A stretch of DNA of 64,000 nt from an uncultured Rhodospirillales bacterium (lineage in GTDB: Bacteria; Pseudomonadota; Alphaproteobacteria; RF32; CAG-239): positions 17,389 through 81,388 of the forward strand of contig CACWLK010000012.1 of NCBI GenBank assembly GCA_902761715.1, read 5' to 3'. The translations under genes were made by a program, and so were the position numbers. This document shows positions 61,074-64,000 of this stretch, piece by piece. How positions within the stretch are numbered: position 1 is the first letter of the stretch; every line of letters begins with the position of its first letter. The notes under the pieces were generated by a model. That model saw only the letters and a list, made by a program, of their open reading frames with translations. It was not told the DNA's origin and made no database searches.

Positions 61074-61088
61074 TGCCAGATTCTGACA
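61074..61088. promoter_or_regulatory. Putative WYL/DriD box 3
   Basis: TGCCA-GATTC-TGACA, 18 bp upstream of a minus-strand TTGCAT-17-TAAGAT promoter. Confidence 0.65.
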
Positions 61089-61325
61089 TTACTTCAAATT
61101 GAGGTATTCCTCTACTAAAGTTAGTGATTTTATGCGTTTTAAATTTTAGATAAAAGAGCCAATAGAATATTAACTCTCTAGCTCATCATTGTCGTCAGCC
61201 TCTTCGCCGTATGTCTCGCTTTCAACTGCGATATTTGCGATTTTTCTCGCAACTGCGTCATACCTGCGGTCTTCACTGACAAAGTCAAGAAGCTTTTGTC
61301 GTATACAACGTCTTTAATCTCGTAA

Positions 61326-61952
61326 TTAAAGGTGTCGTATGTCATTATTCAAACCTTTCAAAAATTTTCGAACATGAGGAATTGCTAGTCTCCTAACAGC
61401 ATGGACTACACCATAATCAGCACGTGTTAGACTTTTGAGGTATGCATCAGTTTCACGCATAAATTCTTTGATTAATGTTTCCTTTTTAATCATATAGTCC
61501 GCTATTACTTGCGTGTTGCCTGTTTTACGGTAGAGTTCTTCTACTCTGTCGTTATAAACGCACTTATCTTGTTCAGGATCGTAATACTTTTCTTCATCGC
61601 TCAATATTGTTAAACGAATATATGGTTTGTCGTTCCATTTTTCATGGCAACGTAGCATTATTTCCCGACCTTCTTCGTCTAGTAACAAATATGCTTCCGA
61701 AAAATCTGAGCAAATGCATTCTAACCAACGATACATATCATTGGGAGAATCAGCATATAAAGGCATATAAAACCCTGTTAACTTATTCCCAAAGTTAAGG
61801 TTATAAAAACAATCCATATAGGTTTTATAATGTTTTACCGTAAAATTATCGCAAACTTCAGGCTTGCTTTTAAGGATACGATCTCTAAAGCCTTCATGGG
61901 CATAAAAGCCAGCCGGTGTAAAACCTGATTCAACTGCCGCTATACTATACAT
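61326..61952 (-). CDS. Hypothetical protein
   Basis: 208-aa ORF, weak RBS, directly downstream of RNA candidate 1. Confidence 0.6.
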   Translation of the reverse strand: MYSIAAVESGFTPAGFYAHEGFRDRILKSKPEVCDNFTVKHYKTYMDCFYNLNFGNKLTGFYMPLYADSPNDMYRWLECICSDFSEAYLLLDEEGREIMLRCHEKWNDKPYIRLTILSDEEKYYDPEQDKCVYNDRVEELYRKTGNTQVIADYMIKKETLIKEFMRETDAYLKSLTRADYGVVHAVRRLAIPHVRKFLKGLNNDIRHL

Positions 61953-61984
61953 AGTTTAGTTCCATACTTCTCATATACTTATTA

Positions 61985-62477
61985 CTCTCTCAGAGCTGAA
62001 TGAGCCTAGTCCGGATGCAGAGAGGCAGGTTTGTGCAAACCTCAAAGCTACGCAACACGAGCCTATCCTTAGTTGTCAGGTGTTGGGAGCCGGACGTTAG
62101 ATCCCCTCGCAGAATCCGTTACCAAAACGGGGGCAAGGGGCTCGTTCCTCAGACCGACCTGGTTACAAATCCAGGGGTGTAAGGAAACGGTTAAATAAAG
62201 GGGGGGAAGCTGCTGATGAGTCCATCTCATCCCTTATCCATACGCCCGAAGCGACCCCTTAGACAGCGACTTTCGTCCCTGTAATAATCTCTAAATCTCT
62301 AACAACATATCTGTTAGTGACCAGGTTAAAACTACAACACGGCAGCTGATATGTAGCCACCGCAGTGCTGGTGAAGTCCAATTCTTCCCTATTACACTGT
62401 GGCATGCACTCCAAGCATCTGAAGCCACCCTCGGTTAAGGTCAAACGAGGAATGCTCTCTCCCCTAAACTTCGAGCT
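61985..62477 (-). ncRNA. Structured non-coding RNA candidate 1 (or long leader)
   Basis: TTGACA-17-TAGATT promoter (62512-62484), GC-rich with no credible CDS, many hairpins, 43-nt core shared with candidate 2; 3' end uncertain. Confidence 0.55.
62137..62179. repeat. 43-bp exact repeat, copy 1
   Basis: GGGGCTCGTTCCTCAGACCGACCTGGTTACAAATCCAGGGGTG, also at 62850..62892. Confidence 0.92.
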
Positions 62478-62531
62478 AATTATAATCTATCATAGCGTAA
62501 TATTAGTGTCAATCATCTCAAATTTCAGTTT

Positions 62532-62546
62532 TGCCAGATTCTGACA
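62532..62546. promoter_or_regulatory. Putative WYL/DriD box 4
   Basis: TGCCA-GATTC-TGACA, 19 bp upstream of a minus-strand TTGACA. Confidence 0.65.
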
Positions 62547-62616
62547 CCGCTTTATATTTGGTGCATCAATCGACACGGAAATATGTTTGTAAAAACTGAG
62601 GTAAAAGGTAAAGACA

Positions 62617-63096
62617 TAAATAAAAGAGGAGCGGATGGTCGCCCAGCTCCATCATCGAGAACACGCGATGCTATAAGCACCGGCTCCGCGGTTGAGCTTT
62701 CCGCTGCTCGCTCCTCTTAACGGAACTCCAGACCAGGCGATATGTCCACCTGCTGGGAGCCTTGAAAGTAACGCAGGGTAGACATATTACCTCCTTCCAA
62801 GAGCTAAAACCCCCAACACGCCACACCGGCTACAAATCCGGGGGATACGGGGGCTCGTTCCTCAGACCGACCTGGTTACAAATCCAGGGGTGGAGGAACA
62901 TACCGCTGCAGATTCCCTGAGGGAATCTCCCATAGATAAATCATACGGTAACAACAGCGGTATTAGAAGAACATTTTGAAGGATGAATATGTCAATAGTA
63001 TAGACTATCTAACCTACAAAATGAACTTATCACGTCTGCAATAATATGTGTTCAAGACTGCCACTGGCAGCACATATTCTTTTATACAAACGGACT
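62617..63096 (-). ncRNA. Structured non-coding RNA candidate 2 (contains a 22-codon sORF)
   Basis: TTGACA-17-CATCAT promoter, nested stems, ends in AAGAGGAGCG/CGCTCCTCTT stem plus U-run. Confidence 0.55.
62850..62892. repeat. 43-bp exact repeat, copy 2
   Basis: Identical to 62137..62179. Confidence 0.92.
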
Positions 63097-63150
63097 ATTT
63101 TTATGATGTATTATAAACAACACTTTGTCAATACACCTAAATTTCAGTTT

Positions 63151-63165
63151 TGCCATAATCTGACA
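63151..63165. promoter_or_regulatory. Putative WYL/DriD box 5
   Basis: TGCCA-TAATC-TGACA, 19 bp upstream of a minus-strand TTGACA; divergent from WYL 2. Confidence 0.65.
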
Positions 63166-63222
63166 TCATATTTACTTTTTTTAAATATCGTTGGTTTATA
63201 ATGGCGGAAAACGGAGGGGAAA

Positions 63223-64000
63223 ATGTTTTATGAAAAGACGCAAAAACTCTTAGAGTTGTCATTGTGGATGCAAAATGCCGATGCCGGCGTATCCATTGCT
63301 GATATTATGCAAAAATTCGGCGTTTCCAAGCGCACGGCTATCCGCATGAAAGACATGATAAAAGAGCAGTTTCCACAAATGCGGGAAATTTGCGGTGCAC
63401 ATAACACCAAACGTTGGTTTATTCCCCAAGGGGCGCTCAATAATTATGTCGGCTTTTCTCTAAACGAGGTTAATGCCTTGCAAAATGCCGTAAAACTAAT
63501 GAAAAAGAAAAATCCTCAAGATGTCGATTCACTTGAGATGATTTTGCATAAAATTAAGGCTTCTATGAGCAACGAATCACGCATGAGGATAGAACCCGAT
63601 GCCGAGGCATTGTTACAGGCCGAAGGCTATGCTTTGCGGCCGGGACCGAGAATTGTCGTTAATAAAGAATTTATGCAGACTTTGCGGAATGCGGTGATTG
63701 CGTGCAAAATTATCAAGATTAAATATCGCTCAAAATCAAAAGACGGGTGGCGGACTGTGTATCCTTATGGTTTTTTGTATGGGAACAAACATTATCTGAT
63801 TGCATGGCACACCCAGCGCAAAATTATGTGTTATTTTGATTTGAACAATATTCAGAAAATTAATGTAACCGATGAATATTTTGTGAGAGATCCTGATTTT
63901 TCTCTCGAGGAATTCAGCAAGCAATCGTTCGGTGTGTATCAGGAAGAGCCTTTTGAGGTGGAGTGGCTGTTTGATAAGGAAGTTGCCGCAGATGCCGCAA
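63223..64000 (+). CDS. DriD-like WYL regulator 2 (runs off the window; absent from the ORF track)
   Basis: GGAGG RBS; MFYEKTQKLLELSLWMQ...VSKRTAIRMKD...FPQM...RIEPDAEAL...RPGP...PYGFLYG, paralogous to 54406..55368. Confidence 0.88.
   Translation, partial: MFYEKTQKLLELSLWMQNADAGVSIADIMQKFGVSKRTAIRMKDMIKEQFPQMREICGAHNTKRWFIPQGALNNYVGFSLNEVNALQNAVKLMKKKNPQDVDSLEMILHKIKASMSNESRMRIEPDAEALLQAEGYALRPGPRIVVNKEFMQTLRNAVIACKIIKIKYRSKSKDGWRTVYPYGFLYGNKHYLIAWHTQRKIMCYFDLNNIQKINVTDEYFVRDPDFSLEEFSKQSFGVYQEEPFEVEWLFDKEVAADAA

Noticed and set aside
61178-61345. 55-codon ORF (MTYDTFNYE...) overlapping the end of 61326..61952
   Set aside because: Possibly a frameshifted gene remnant, but there is too little evidence to annotate.
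62180-62280. Hammerhead ribozyme (CTGATGAG at ~62213; GGACGAAA nearby)
   Set aside because: The GGACGAAA half is on the opposite strand, and stems I and III cannot be formed on either strand.
62225-62282. 23S rRNA fragment or c-di-GMP-I riboswitch (GGGACGAAAGTC, GTCTAAG..TATGG)
   Set aside because: Only short resemblances; flanking rRNA sequence and the riboswitch GGCAAA/P1 elements are missing.
62000-62444. 60-aa and 61-aa ORFs in the ncRNA region
   Set aside because: No RBS, atypical composition, and no counterpart in the second repeat unit.
62890-63020. Group I intron (Q-like AAUCUGCAGC, S-like GAUAGUCU on the minus strand)
   Set aside because: Elements are in the wrong order, with no R element or exon context.
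61074-63165. CRISPR array from the repeated motifs
   Set aside because: Few copies, spacing of 600-1450 bp, and no cas genes.

Overview
Chromosomal window from a low-GC alphaproteobacterium, inferred from a GTTC-N7-GTTC LexA box, DriD-like regulators and the hflK-hflC-degP order. Bases 1-10.1 kb hold housekeeping genes (rne, bepA-like, mrp, hflKC, degP, holC, ddpX-like), followed by tRNA-Pro(GGG) and an odd upstream 5'-half copy of it. A ~47 kb lambda-like siphovirus prophage (10505-57545) is bounded by an exact 99-bp direct repeat. It carries a large serine recombinase, an ECF-like sigma factor but no recognisable CI, metK behind a SAM-V/SAM-II-like riboswitch, a cos site, a DNA methylase, complete head/tail/lysis genes and three paralogous tail fibres. 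Its cargo is HU, an Mpi-like invertase next to a 17-bp inverted-repeat segment, a surface-polysaccharide operon, LexA-controlled dinB and a WYL/GIY-YIG pair. The right end (54-64 kb) looks like a self-contained DriD-like (WYL) regulon, with two WYL paralogues and five copies of a (T/C)G(T/C)CA-N5-TGAC(A/G) box. The boxes lie upstream of two truncated/degenerate DnaB-like genes (one via a small membrane gene, followed by GmrSD), a resolvase-like gene, and two paralogous, highly structured ~480-500 nt non-coding RNA candidates sharing an identical 43-nt core. This WYL-ncRNA module is the best candidate for an undescribed system. All assignments come from reading the sequence; no database searches were run.
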